Positions 32,456-42,557 of a stretch of 64,000 nucleotides of DNA are shown here, piece by piece; position 1 is the stretch's first letter; each line of letters begins with the position of its first letter. The position numbers and the translations under genes are program-made. The notes under the pieces were generated by a model. The model was not told where the DNA came from. It searched no databases and was given only the letters and a program-made list of their open reading frames with translations. Source of the DNA: an uncultured Burkholderiales bacterium (GTDB lineage: Bacteria; Pseudomonadota; Gammaproteobacteria; Burkholderiales; Casimicrobiaceae). Where the stretch lies: contig CALDYQ010000018.1 of NCBI GenBank assembly GCA_937944385.1, forward strand, positions 1,832 to 65,831, read 5' to 3'.

Positions 32456-32651
32456 CTGGAAGGCTGCGATGACGCCGGGCGCATCGCTGGAGGAAAAAAC
32501 GAAAAAGCCACGCGGAACCACCTCGGCGCAAGAGATGCGCTCGAGGGACGGCTTGGCGTGGCTAGGCGGGCATGCTCATGATTTTATTCGCGCACAGCGG
32601 CTCCGGAGTCCCTGCGACGCATCGACACGGCGACCCTGGTCGATGCATGGC

Positions 32652-34850
32652 TCAGCCCTTGGCGTAGTCGAGTCCCTCGCGCACCCAGCGCGCGAGCAGC
32701 GCCTCGGCATCGAAGCCAGGGTTGGACTCGATTTCGCTGCGTAGATTGCGTGCGGCCTCGAGCAGATCGAGATCGGTCTCGAGGTCGGCATAGCGCAGGC
32801 ACGGCAGCCCCGATTGCCGTGGACCGAGGAGCTCACCCGGCCCGCGGATGCGCAAATCTTCGCGCGCAATCTCGAAGCCGTCGGTCGACTCGTAGACCAC
32901 CTTGAGGCGTGCCTTGGCGGTCTCCGACAGCGGTTCGTGATATACGAGTACGCAGGTCGATGCCGCGCTGCCGCGCCCCACGCGGCCACGCAGCTGGTGC
33001 AGTTGCGCAAGCCCAAAGCGCTCGGCGTGCTCGATCACCATCCAGCTCGCGTTGGGCACATCGACGCCGACCTCGATCACGGTGGTCGCGACGAGAAGCT
33101 GCACCCGCCCCGCAATGAAGGCCTGCATGATCGCCTCTTTTTCGGCGGGCGGGAGGCGACCGTGGAGGAGCGCGATCGTGACTTCGGGCAGCGCTTCGTG
33201 CAGCTCGGCGGCGAGCGCGGTCGCATCCTTGAGCGCGACCTCGAGCGCCTCGCTCTCCTCGATGAGTGGGCAGACCCAGTAAGCCTGCGCGCCCGCGGCC
33301 AGTGCGCGTCCGACATGACCGATCAGCTCATCGCGGCGCGCGGCCGAGACGAGCCGCGTGCGGATCGGCTGCCGCCCGGAGGGCAGCTCATCGATGACGG
33401 AGACGTCGAGGTCGGCGTAGTAGCTCATCGCGAGCGAGCGCGGGATCGGTGTGGCGCTCATCATGAGCGTGTGTGGCACGAGCTCGCCCTCGCCCCGTTC
33501 GCGCAGGGAAAGCCGCTGGGCGACGCCGAAGCGGTGCTGCTCGTCGACCACGATCAGGCCGAGCTGCGCAAAGCGTACGCCCTTCTGGAAGAGCGCATGC
33601 GTGCCCACTGCGATCTGCGCATGGCCCTCGGCGCAGGCCGCGCGTGCGACACGTTTCTGCGCTGCGGTCTGGCTGCCCGAGAGCCAGACGAGATTGACCG
33701 GCGCGTGCGTCCCCGACAAGAGCGCAGCAAGCCAATGGGCGAGTTTGCGGTAGTGCTGCTCGGCGAGGAGCTCGGTCGGCGCCATGAAGGCGACCTGCGC
33801 GCCGGCCTCGACCGCCGTGAGCGCAGCGAGTGCGGCTACGATCGTCTTCCCGCTGCCGACGTCGCCCTGGAGCAGCCGAGACATGGGGGTCGGGCGCTCG
33901 AGATCGCGGCGAATCTCGGCCACCGCGCGCACTTGCGGGGCAGTCAGCCGAAATGGCAGCGCCGTGGTCAGCGTCTCGACGAGCCGCCCGTTCGCGCGAA
34001 GGGCGGGTGCTCGCTCGCGCGCGCGCTCGCGGCGAACGCGGGCGAGGGCCACCTGTTGGGCGAGCAGTTCCTCGAACTTGACCCGTCGCCATGCCGAATG
34101 CGCGCGCGATTCGAGTGCCGCGACGTCGATGTCGGCTGGCGGGGAGTGCAGCGTGGCGAGGGTCGTCGCCCAATCGGGCAGGCCGAGGACCCGTCGCACC
34201 TGCTCGGGCAGAAGCTCGCGCTGCCACGCGGGCACCTTGCGTGCCTTCGCGACGAGCGTGCGCAGCGCCTGCTGTGGTAGCCCGGCTGTGCTCGGGTAGA
34301 TCGGCGTGAGCTCGCCTACGGTGCGCGCGGGACCGGTGGTGGCTGTGTCGCCGTCCTGCACATCGGTGGGTTGCGCGGCGCTTTGCGCGCGGGGGAGGCG
34401 GGGTGCGGGCGGCAGAAGCTTCGGGTGGATCATCTCGAGGCCCGAGCGCCCCTCACGCACTTCACCGAAGACGCGCACCTCGCGGCCGATCGCATAGGCG
34501 CTCGCAATACCCGGCCATGTGTTGAAGAAGCGAAGCGACAACGTCGGCGCGAGCCCCGCGCCAGCGGTGGCCGCGGTCGGCATGAGCCGGACCTCGAACA
34601 TTCGCCGCGGCTTGAAACGGAACTCCGCCGCCGCAACACGCCCGGTGACCGCGACCGATTCGCCGGGGATCAGCCCATCGAGCGTCTTTTCGCGTGTCTC
34701 ATCGACATAGCGCAGCGGAAAGTGGGTCAGGCAGTCCGCGAGGCGATGAATGCCGAGCCTGGCGAGCTGCGGGCGCAGTCCGGGCGGCAGATCCGTCTGC
34801 GCCTCGGGTTCTGCGTTGTCGGTCGTCGGGTCGACGGGCGATCTGGTCAC
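32652..34850 (-). CDS. recG: ATP-dependent DNA helicase RecG
   Basis: QGDVGSGKT, DEQHRFG, MSATPIPRSL, AERFGLAQLHQLRGRVGRG, DLRIRGPGE. Confidence 0.97.
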   Translation of the reverse strand: MTRSPVDPTTDNAEPEAQTDLPPGLRPQLARLGIHRLADCLTHFPLRYVDETREKTLDGLIPGESVAVTGRVAAAEFRFKPRRMFEVRLMPTAATAGAGLAPTLSLRFFNTWPGIASAYAIGREVRVFGEVREGRSGLEMIHPKLLPPAPRLPRAQSAAQPTDVQDGDTATTGPARTVGELTPIYPSTAGLPQQALRTLVAKARKVPAWQRELLPEQVRRVLGLPDWATTLATLHSPPADIDVAALESRAHSAWRRVKFEELLAQQVALARVRRERARERAPALRANGRLVETLTTALPFRLTAPQVRAVAEIRRDLERPTPMSRLLQGDVGSGKTIVAALAALTAVEAGAQVAFMAPTELLAEQHYRKLAHWLAALLSGTHAPVNLVWLSGSQTAAQKRVARAACAEGHAQIAVGTHALFQKGVRFAQLGLIVVDEQHRFGVAQRLSLRERGEGELVPHTLMMSATPIPRSLAMSYYADLDVSVIDELPSGRQPIRTRLVSAARRDELIGHVGRALAAGAQAYWVCPLIEESEALEVALKDATALAAELHEALPEVTIALLHGRLPPAEKEAIMQAFIAGRVQLLVATTVIEVGVDVPNASWMVIEHAERFGLAQLHQLRGRVGRGSAASTCVLVYHEPLSETAKARLKVVYESTDGFEIAREDLRIRGPGELLGPRQSGLPCLRYADLETDLDLLEAARNLRSEIESNPGFDAEALLARWVREGLDYAKG

Positions 34851-34939
34851 TGGCCCAATTTATCAGTAACGTTTCCCCCATCGATCGCTTCGGGATCCCT
34901 GTCAGGGCGAACTCCACCCACACATCCCCCCAAGCCACG

Positions 34940-37900
34940 ATGTTCGACCTTGACCGTCTCCCGCGCGCAGCATGGCATCGCTTGCTGCTCGTTCTCCCTG
35001 CCGCCCTGGGCATTTCGCTACCCGCGCTCTCAGTTGCCCAGAACCGCCTGCCAGCGCTCGCCGAATCGCGTCCCGTCTCGGAGAGCCGAGACATCGATGA
35101 GGCGCAGGTGTTCCTCGTGCGCGCAAACGGGGCCGTCACGGCGAAGCTCGTGACCGAGCGCGTGTTCTGCGACGTCGAGGGTGTGCGCTCGGCCGACACG
35201 GTGCGTGTGATCGGCGGGCAGCGCAAGGCGGAGCTTCTCGCCGCCGCTGGCATTTCCAACCCCGAGAACTGGATTGCGTTCCGATGCACGCAGACGTTTC
35301 CCCAGGGAGCGGATGTGATCATCCGCTGGGATGCGGCCTCGCCGGCCAGCTTTGCCGCGGCGGATTACCTCCGCTACAAGGTGCGCTCGGGCGATTGGCT
35401 GGAATTCGCCTGCGAACGCGAAAACAAGGCGGCCGACTGCAACCCGCTCGCACCGGTCACCGTGACGATCCGCGACCGCGCCCTGGCCGAGGCCGACTTG
35501 AAGCGCTTTGCGCTGCGCGATGCGAACGGCAGGCTCGTGCGACCCCTTCCCGACGAGCTCGGCCTTGGCCAGCTGCGCTGGCGGCCACTCACACCCGAGA
35601 CGACCTACACGCTTGTGGTGCCACCGGGACTCAAGGAGGAGGGTACCGGCACGCCGCTGCCACCCGCCCGCCCGGTGAGCTTCAAGACCGCGCCCTATCC
35701 GCCGCTCGTCAAATTCGCGCGCAGCTTCGGCATCTTAGAGCGCAACGCCGAGCCGGCCTTGCCGATCACGCTGCGCAATGTCGAACCCGCCCCGGGCAGC
35801 GCGACCGGCACGGCGGCGCAAGTGCGTCGCCTGCGCGTGACGGGCGAGGCCGAGATGATCCGCTGGTATGCCCGTGCGCTCGGCTTCATGGCGCGCGACC
35901 GCTCGATGGATGATGACGAAGCGGACTACACGAACTTCGGCGAGGAGGTGAAGGCGGGCGACGGCGAGGATCTGCGGGGGCGTTCGCTTTTGCGCGGGGC
36001 GACTGGCGTGCAGACACTCCCCATCCCGAAGACGCTCGGGCCGAAGGCGTTCGAGGTCGTCGGTCTGCCGCTCGCTGAGCCCGGCCTGCACGTGGTCGAG
36101 GCGGAGTCCGCCGCGCTCGGCGCCTCGCAGCTCGAGAAGAAGGGCCCGATGTTCGTGCGCGCCTTGGCGCTCGTGACCAATCTCGCGGTGCATGTGAAGT
36201 CCGGCCAGGGCACTGCCTTCGTCTGGGTCACCCGGCTCGACACCGCCCAGCCCGTGGCCGATGCGCAGGTGCGCGTGCGCGACTGCAAGGGCGGCGAACT
36301 CGCCTCCGCGCGCACCTCGCCCGAGGGCCTCGCACGCGTGGGCTATCGCGTGCCCAAGGCCCAGCGCGACTGCCCGCTCTTCGTCTTCGCGACCCTCGGG
36401 GATGACACCGCCTTCACGCGCAGCGACTGGACGCGCGGCATCGAGTGGTGGCGTTTCAATCTGCCGTTCGATGATGCGGGCTGGGACGACGCAAGCGGAA
36501 AGCGCGTGCTGCACACGGTTCTTGCACGCAATCTGGTTCGTCCGGGAGAGACGGTGCACATGAAGCATTTCGCGCGGCAGCTCAAGCGCTTCGGCACGGG
36601 CGCCTCTGACATCACCAAGCTGCCGAAAAGCGCGAGCATCGTCAACGAAGGCACGAACGAGCGGAGCTCACTCCCGCTCACCTGGTCCTCACGCGGCAAT
36701 GCGGTGAGCGAGCTGCGCCTGCCGCCCAACGCGAAGCGCGGGCAGTACACGGTGCACATCGGAGACGTGGTCACTGGCCGCTTCACGGTCGCGGACTTCC
36801 GGCTTCCGGTCTACAAGGCGGAGGTCGCGCTGCCACGCGTGAACATCGCCTCGGGGGATGCGGCGGCGGTCGATGTGCGGCTCTCCTTCCTCGCCGGAGG
36901 ACCGGCCTCGGGGGATGCGATCACCGTGCGCAGCCGGGTCGATGCGCGCACATGGCGCGGCTTCGAGCAGCATTCGGAGCACAGTTTTGCCCTCGACGCC
37001 GAGCCCGAGATCCTGAAGGTGGCGGCCATCGATGTGCCCAAGTCGCGTGAGCCCGAAGGTGAGGAGATGACGCTTACGCTCGATGGGGCGGGAAGTGCGC
37101 GGATCGGCCTGCCCACACCCAAGGTGCTTGCCCCGGCGAGCTTGATCGCCGACATCGAGTACCGCGATCCGAACGGCGAGATCTACACCGCACAGGCCCG
37201 TGGCACGGTCTGGCCGGCCGAGCGACTGGTCGGCATCCGGGTCGCCGACTGGGCGATGGCCCGCGAGCGGCTCGAATGGGAGCTCCTCACCACGGACGTC
37301 GAGGGTCGACTGGTTGGGGACACGCCATTTGTCGTGCGTGGCATCCACCGCAGCTGGGATCACTACCGGCGGCGCAACATCGGTGGTTTCTACAGCTACG
37401 AATCGAACGAGAGCCTCAAGGACCTCGGTGTGCTCTGCCAGGGCCGGAGCGACCGCACGGGGCGAGCGCGCTGCACGGCGAGCGTGGCCGTGTCCGGCGA
37501 GGTGGTGTTGATCGCCGCGGTCGCCGATGCCAAGGGACGCACTGCGCGAGCGAGCGCCTCGCTCTGGGCGGCGAATGGCGATGATTGGATGTTTCGCTTC
37601 GCGGCCTCCGACCGCATCGATCTCCTGCCCGAGAAGAAGCGCTACGAGCCCGGCGAGCGCGCGCGCTTTCAGGTGCGGATGCCCTTCCGCGAGGCCACCG
37701 CGCTCGTGACCGTCGAACGCGAGGGGCAGGTGCTCTGGAGCACGGTGACGCAGCTCTCGGGCAAGGCGGCTGTGGTCGAGGTACCGATCCGCGAGGAGTG
37801 GGCGCCAAACGTCTACGTCTCTGCGCTCCTCGTGCGCGGGCGCGTGGGCGAGCCCGCCCCCACGGCCACCGTGGACCTCGGGCGGCCGGCGTTCAAGCTC

Positions 37901-40339
37901 GGCATCGCAAATGTCGATATCGGGTGGAAGCGCTACCAGCTCGACGTGGCCGTGACCACCGAGAAGCCAGAGTACCGAACGCGTGATCGCGTGCCGGTGA
38001 AGATCCGCGTCGAGCGGGCGAACAACCGCCAGCCAGCCGACGGCAGCGAAGTCGCAGTGTTCGCGATCGACGAGGCACTGCTCGAGCTGCAGCCGAACCC
38101 GAGCTGGAAGCTGCTCGAAGCGATGATGAAGCGGCGTGACTACGGGGTGACCACCGCTACCGCGCAGATGCAGGTGATCGGCAAGCGGCACTATGGCAGG
38201 AAGGCGCTGCCGCCGGGCGGCTCGGGCGGGCGGGGTGCCGGCACGCGCGAGCTCTTTGACACACTCGTCCTCTGGAAGGCCGATGTGGTGACCGATGCGC
38301 GGGGTGAGGCGACCGTCGAGGTGCCGCTCAATGACTCGTTCACGCGCTTTCGCATCGTTGCCGTGGCCGAGCGGGCCGATCCGGCGGGCGATCGCTTCGG
38401 CACTGGCGAGACGTCGGTGCGCACGACGCGCGACCTGCAGCTCTTTGCCGGCATTCCGGCCACCGTACGGCATGACGATGCCTACCGCGCCTCGGTGAGT
38501 GTGCGCAACACGACGCAGCGACCGATCGTGGCCGAGGTCGAAGCGAAGCAGGATGAGCGGCACCTGCCCCGACGTGAGGTGAGCCTCGCCCCTGGGCAGA
38601 GCGCGCTCGTCACCTGGGAGACGACCGCGCCGGCAAGCGGCCTCGAGACCGTCTGGCAATGGGAGGCCCGCGAGAAAGGCACCTCGGCCGCGGACCGCGG
38701 CGGCGACAGCCTGCGAATCCGGCAGACCCTCTCGACACCCGTGCCGTCGCGCCTCGTTGCGGCAGCCGAGGCCGAAGTGAAGCAGGGTCGCGCGAACCTC
38801 TCGCTGGCCGGAGAGGCGAGCGCGCGCGCCGCGGCCGTACCCGGGGCCGAGATCGCCGTGACGGTTGCACGCACCTACGGCACCGATACCTCGGGCATCC
38901 GCCGCTACTTCGAGAGCTATCCCTTCGCCTGCCTCGAGCAGCGCATGGTCAAGGCCCTGGGCACGAAGCGCGAGGATCTCTGGCAGCGGATCGTCGAGGA
39001 ATTGCCTGGCTACCTGAGTTCGGGCGGTCTGGCGCACTACTACCCCGGCGCAAGCGGCGAAGGCCATGCCGTGCTCACCGCTTTCTTGCTCGCTGGGGCC
39101 CATGAGGTCGGCTGGGCGCTGCCGGGAGATTTGCGTGAGCCTATGCTCGCCGGGCTCGAAGGCTACGTGACCGGCCGGATCAAAACGGCGCGCGAATGGT
39201 TGCCCCAGGATGTGATTACGCTCACCTCGGAGAAGCTGATCGCGCTCGAAGCGCTGTCGCGCCATGGGCGCGTCACGCGGGCGCTGATCGACAGCCTCGT
39301 CCTCTTGCCTGTCGACCCAAGCGCGACCGCGCGTCCTGCCGCTGGGGTGCCAGGCCGGACTCCCCTGGCGCGGCTGACGGCTGCTTCGGTCGCCGACTGG
39401 GTCGACGTGCTCGGTCGCGTGAAGGACCTGCCGAACGCCGCGGCGCTGCGTGCGCAGGCGATTGCCGAGCTGCGCGATACGGTGCGCGTACAGGGAGGGC
39501 TCGCGAGCGTCGCGCGCAACGACGATCGCTGGTACTTCATGCGTGGCTCGGATTACACGCTCGCGCGGATGCTCAGGCTTGCCCTCGAACTGCCCGAGCT
39601 CTCGGCGTATCGCATCCCCCTCGTGCGCACGCTCAACGACCGGCTGCAGCGGGCGGGTCATCTCTTGGGCACCCAGGCCAATCTGTGGGCGGCCTATGCG
39701 CTCGAACGCCATGCGGCCACGGCGTCGGCGGAGGGACGCACACGCATCAGCTACCGCGGACAGACGCGCGAAATCGCCTGGAACCCCGGTATGACCGAGG
39801 CCACCGTCACCTTCACGCCCGCAGCCGACGGGCCGTCCGTCTTGCAGATCGAGCACGCGGGCCGCGGTGAGCCCTGGGCGCGCGCGGTGCTGCGCGCGCC
39901 GGTGCCGCTCGTCGGCGCCCAGAACAACGGCATCGCCGTGACCCGGACGCTCCGGCCGGTGCAGCAGCAGACACCGGGCCGCTGGCGCGTGGGCGATGTG
40001 GTTGCGGTCACCGTGACCGCAACCGCAGGTGCCGACATCGGCTGGCTCGCGATCGATGACCCGGTTCCGGCCGGTGCCACCGTTCTCGGTGGCCTCGCGC
40101 GCCTCGGCACGCAGGAGAGCGAAGCCGTGACCTGGCGCGGCCAGCGAGCGATCGAGCGCACCTTCACGAACGTGCGGGCGGCTTTCGAATGGGCGCCCAA
40201 GGGCGTACACCGGTTCACCTACCAGATTCGCCTCACGACCCCTGGACGGTTTGCGCTGCCGCCCACGCATGCCGAGGCGATGTATGCGCCCGAGATCAAC
40301 GGGCAGCTGGGCAATGAGACCTTCGTCATCGAGCCATGA
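34940..40339 (+). CDS. Bacterial alpha-2-macroglobulin family protein
   Basis: 1799 aa; LVTNLAVHVK, RPGETVHMK, DRIDLLPEKKRYEPGE, VPLNDSFTRFRIVA, thioester motif YPFACLEQ, PTHAEAMYAPE; followed by pbpC. Confidence 0.94.
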   Translation: MFDLDRLPRAAWHRLLLVLPAALGISLPALSVAQNRLPALAESRPVSESRDIDEAQVFLVRANGAVTAKLVTERVFCDVEGVRSADTVRVIGGQRKAELLAAAGISNPENWIAFRCTQTFPQGADVIIRWDAASPASFAAADYLRYKVRSGDWLEFACERENKAADCNPLAPVTVTIRDRALAEADLKRFALRDANGRLVRPLPDELGLGQLRWRPLTPETTYTLVVPPGLKEEGTGTPLPPARPVSFKTAPYPPLVKFARSFGILERNAEPALPITLRNVEPAPGSATGTAAQVRRLRVTGEAEMIRWYARALGFMARDRSMDDDEADYTNFGEEVKAGDGEDLRGRSLLRGATGVQTLPIPKTLGPKAFEVVGLPLAEPGLHVVEAESAALGASQLEKKGPMFVRALALVTNLAVHVKSGQGTAFVWVTRLDTAQPVADAQVRVRDCKGGELASARTSPEGLARVGYRVPKAQRDCPLFVFATLGDDTAFTRSDWTRGIEWWRFNLPFDDAGWDDASGKRVLHTVLARNLVRPGETVHMKHFARQLKRFGTGASDITKLPKSASIVNEGTNERSSLPLTWSSRGNAVSELRLPPNAKRGQYTVHIGDVVTGRFTVADFRLPVYKAEVALPRVNIASGDAAAVDVRLSFLAGGPASGDAITVRSRVDARTWRGFEQHSEHSFALDAEPEILKVAAIDVPKSREPEGEEMTLTLDGAGSARIGLPTPKVLAPASLIADIEYRDPNGEIYTAQARGTVWPAERLVGIRVADWAMARERLEWELLTTDVEGRLVGDTPFVVRGIHRSWDHYRRRNIGGFYSYESNESLKDLGVLCQGRSDRTGRARCTASVAVSGEVVLIAAVADAKGRTARASASLWAANGDDWMFRFAASDRIDLLPEKKRYEPGERARFQVRMPFREATALVTVEREGQVLWSTVTQLSGKAAVVEVPIREEWAPNVYVSALLVRGRVGEPAPTATVDLGRPAFKLGIANVDIGWKRYQLDVAVTTEKPEYRTRDRVPVKIRVERANNRQPADGSEVAVFAIDEALLELQPNPSWKLLEAMMKRRDYGVTTATAQMQVIGKRHYGRKALPPGGSGGRGAGTRELFDTLVLWKADVVTDARGEATVEVPLNDSFTRFRIVAVAERADPAGDRFGTGETSVRTTRDLQLFAGIPATVRHDDAYRASVSVRNTTQRPIVAEVEAKQDERHLPRREVSLAPGQSALVTWETTAPASGLETVWQWEAREKGTSAADRGGDSLRIRQTLSTPVPSRLVAAAEAEVKQGRANLSLAGEASARAAAVPGAEIAVTVARTYGTDTSGIRRYFESYPFACLEQRMVKALGTKREDLWQRIVEELPGYLSSGGLAHYYPGASGEGHAVLTAFLLAGAHEVGWALPGDLREPMLAGLEGYVTGRIKTAREWLPQDVITLTSEKLIALEALSRHGRVTRALIDSLVLLPVDPSATARPAAGVPGRTPLARLTAASVADWVDVLGRVKDLPNAAALRAQAIAELRDTVRVQGGLASVARNDDRWYFMRGSDYTLARMLRLALELPELSAYRIPLVRTLNDRLQRAGHLLGTQANLWAAYALERHAATASAEGRTRISYRGQTREIAWNPGMTEATVTFTPAADGPSVLQIEHAGRGEPWARAVLRAPVPLVGAQNNGIAVTRTLRPVQQQTPGRWRVGDVVAVTVTATAGADIGWLAIDDPVPAGATVLGGLARLGTQESEAVTWRGQRAIERTFTNVRAAFEWAPKGVHRFTYQIRLTTPGRFALPPTHAEAMYAPEINGQLGNETFVIEP

Positions 40340-42525
40340 GTCGCGTCCATCGACCGCGCAGGTGCGTTGCGCTGCTCGTCGGTATGCTGGCCTGTGTCGC
40401 CATGGCTGCACCGAGTTTCGATGCGGTGCGGCAAGCCTATGCGCCCAGTGAACGCCGCGTGCTCGACCGCCACGGCGAGGTGATCCATGTGCTCCGCACC
40501 GATCCGGCCGTGCGGCGCGGGCCGTGGACACCGCTCGAGCGGGTCTCGCCGGCATTGATCGAGGCGGTCGTGCGATCCGAGGATCAGCGCTTCTTCGCGC
40601 ATGGGGGTGTCGATGCGCTTGCGGTAGCGGCCGCGGGCGCGGAACACCTCCGCCGCCGAATCGCGGGCGACACGCGCGCCGCCCGCGGCGCAAGCGGCAT
40701 CACGATGCAGGTGGCGGCCCTGCTCGACCCATCACTCGTCCGGCCCGGGGGCGGGCGCGGTCTCGATCTCAAGTGGCAGCAGATGCAGGCGGCCAGGGTG
40801 CTCGAGTCCGGCTGGTCGAAGGCGCAGATCCTCGAGGTCCATCTCAACCGCGTGCCGTTCCGCGGCGAGCTCGTGGGCATCGCCGCGGCGAGCGAACGGC
40901 TTTTCGGCAAGGCCCCGCACGGGCTGGATGCCGCGGAATCGGCGCTGCTTGCGGCATTGATCCGCGCGCCGCAGGCCCCGCGGCAGGTCGTCGAGCGTCG
41001 TGCCTGCGGACTTCTCGCGCAGCTCGGACGGGCTGAAGAATGCGCGCGGCTGCCGTTTCTCGTCGACCGCTGGGCGCTGCCCGAATCGGCGCGGGCGCTC
41101 AGCGCGGCCGAGCGCATCGCGCCGCATGCGGCGCGCCTGCTCGCCCAGCGGCTGCCCGGCGACTCCTCCATTCGCTCGACCCTCGACGCTCGACTCCAGC
41201 GCGAGGCGTTGGCCGCGATCCGGCGGCATCTCACCCAGCTCGCCAATCGCAACGCGCATGATGCGGCCGTGGTCGTGCTCGACAACGCGACCGGCGAGGT
41301 GCTTGCCTACGTTGGTTCCTCCGGTGCGCTCTCCGAGGCGGGCGCGGTCGATGCCGCGCGCGCGCCGCGGCAGGCGGGCTCGACCTTGAAGCCCTTCATC
41401 TACGGGCTCGCGATCGAGAGGAAGCTCGTGACGGCCGCCACGTTGCTCGATGATGCGCCACTCGCAGTGGATGTGGGGGGTGGGGCCTATGCACCGCAGA
41501 ACTACGCCGAGGACTACGTCGGTCCGGTCAGCGTGCGCACGGCGCTTGCGAGTTCCCTCAATATCCCGGCGATCCGCGCGCTCTCGCTCGTGGGGGTGGC
41601 CTCGGTGCATCGCGTGTTGCGCGAGGCCGGGCTCAGCACACTCGCTGCCGACCCCGAGCACTACGGGCACTCGCTCGCGCTGGGGAGTGCCGACGTCACT
41701 CTCCTCGAGCTCACGAACGCCTATCGCGCGCTTGCCCGGGGCGGGTTGGCGTCGCCCGTCCGTTGGTTTCCGGGGGAAGCCGCGAGCCAGACCAAGCGGG
41801 TGCTTTCGCCGGGTGCGGCATGGATCGTCGGCGACATCCTCGCCGACCGCGGCGCGCGCTATCTGACCTTCGGCTTCGACAATCCGCTCGCGGTCAACCA
41901 CTGGGCTGCGGTCAAGACCGGCACGAGCAAGGACATGCGCGACAACTGGGCCGTCGGCTGGAACGCCCGGGTGACCGTAGGCGTCTGGGTCGGCAATGCG
42001 CAGGGTCGGCCGATGCACGGGGTGACGGGTATTTCGGGTGCCGGGCCGATCTGGGGCGAGGTCATCGAAGCTGCGGCCAGACGTCTGGGCGCCGGGCCGC
42101 CGCCCACGCCGCCCGCGGAGGTGGTCTTCGCCGCGGTCGGGGCAACGGGACCAAGCCCAGTGAAGGCGACCCCGCGTGCTCGCCCGCGGCGGGAAGGTTT
42201 TCTTGCAGGCACCGTGCCCGCGCACGGCGTCGTGGCAGCTCGCGAGGCGCCCGAGGTCGGTGCCCGCATCGTCTCTCCAGTCGACGGCACGATCATCGCG
42301 CTCGACCCGGATCTTCCGGAGGCGCATCAGCGCGTCCCGCTCGTTGCAGGCGCGCCGGCGCTTGCCAACTGCTTTCGCCTCGACACCCCGCCCGCCAGGA
42401 CATTCCCGCTCGGTTGCGCCGAGAGATTGCTCTGGCGTCCCGAGCCGGGCGAACACGCGCTCGTTTTGCTGGATGCCGAGGGCCGGGAGCGGGACCGGAT
42501 CCGGTTGGTCGTTCGCGGTCGGTGA
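40336..42525 (+). CDS. pbpC: Penicillin-binding protein 1C
   Basis: SEDQRFFAHGGVD transglycosylase, RQAGSTLKPF (SxxK), SLN, KTGTS, C-terminal PBP1C domain; ATG overlaps the A2M stop. Confidence 0.93.
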   Translation: MSRVHRPRRCVALLVGMLACVAMAAPSFDAVRQAYAPSERRVLDRHGEVIHVLRTDPAVRRGPWTPLERVSPALIEAVVRSEDQRFFAHGGVDALAVAAAGAEHLRRRIAGDTRAARGASGITMQVAALLDPSLVRPGGGRGLDLKWQQMQAARVLESGWSKAQILEVHLNRVPFRGELVGIAAASERLFGKAPHGLDAAESALLAALIRAPQAPRQVVERRACGLLAQLGRAEECARLPFLVDRWALPESARALSAAERIAPHAARLLAQRLPGDSSIRSTLDARLQREALAAIRRHLTQLANRNAHDAAVVVLDNATGEVLAYVGSSGALSEAGAVDAARAPRQAGSTLKPFIYGLAIERKLVTAATLLDDAPLAVDVGGGAYAPQNYAEDYVGPVSVRTALASSLNIPAIRALSLVGVASVHRVLREAGLSTLAADPEHYGHSLALGSADVTLLELTNAYRALARGGLASPVRWFPGEAASQTKRVLSPGAAWIVGDILADRGARYLTFGFDNPLAVNHWAAVKTGTSKDMRDNWAVGWNARVTVGVWVGNAQGRPMHGVTGISGAGPIWGEVIEAAARRLGAGPPPTPPAEVVFAAVGATGPSPVKATPRARPRREGFLAGTVPAHGVVAAREAPEVGARIVSPVDGTIIALDPDLPEAHQRVPLVAGAPALANCFRLDTPPARTFPLGCAERLLWRPEPGEHALVLLDAEGRERDRIRLVVRGR

Positions 42526-42557
42526 GCCTTCTGCGCGCGAGCGGACGTGGGTGAGGC

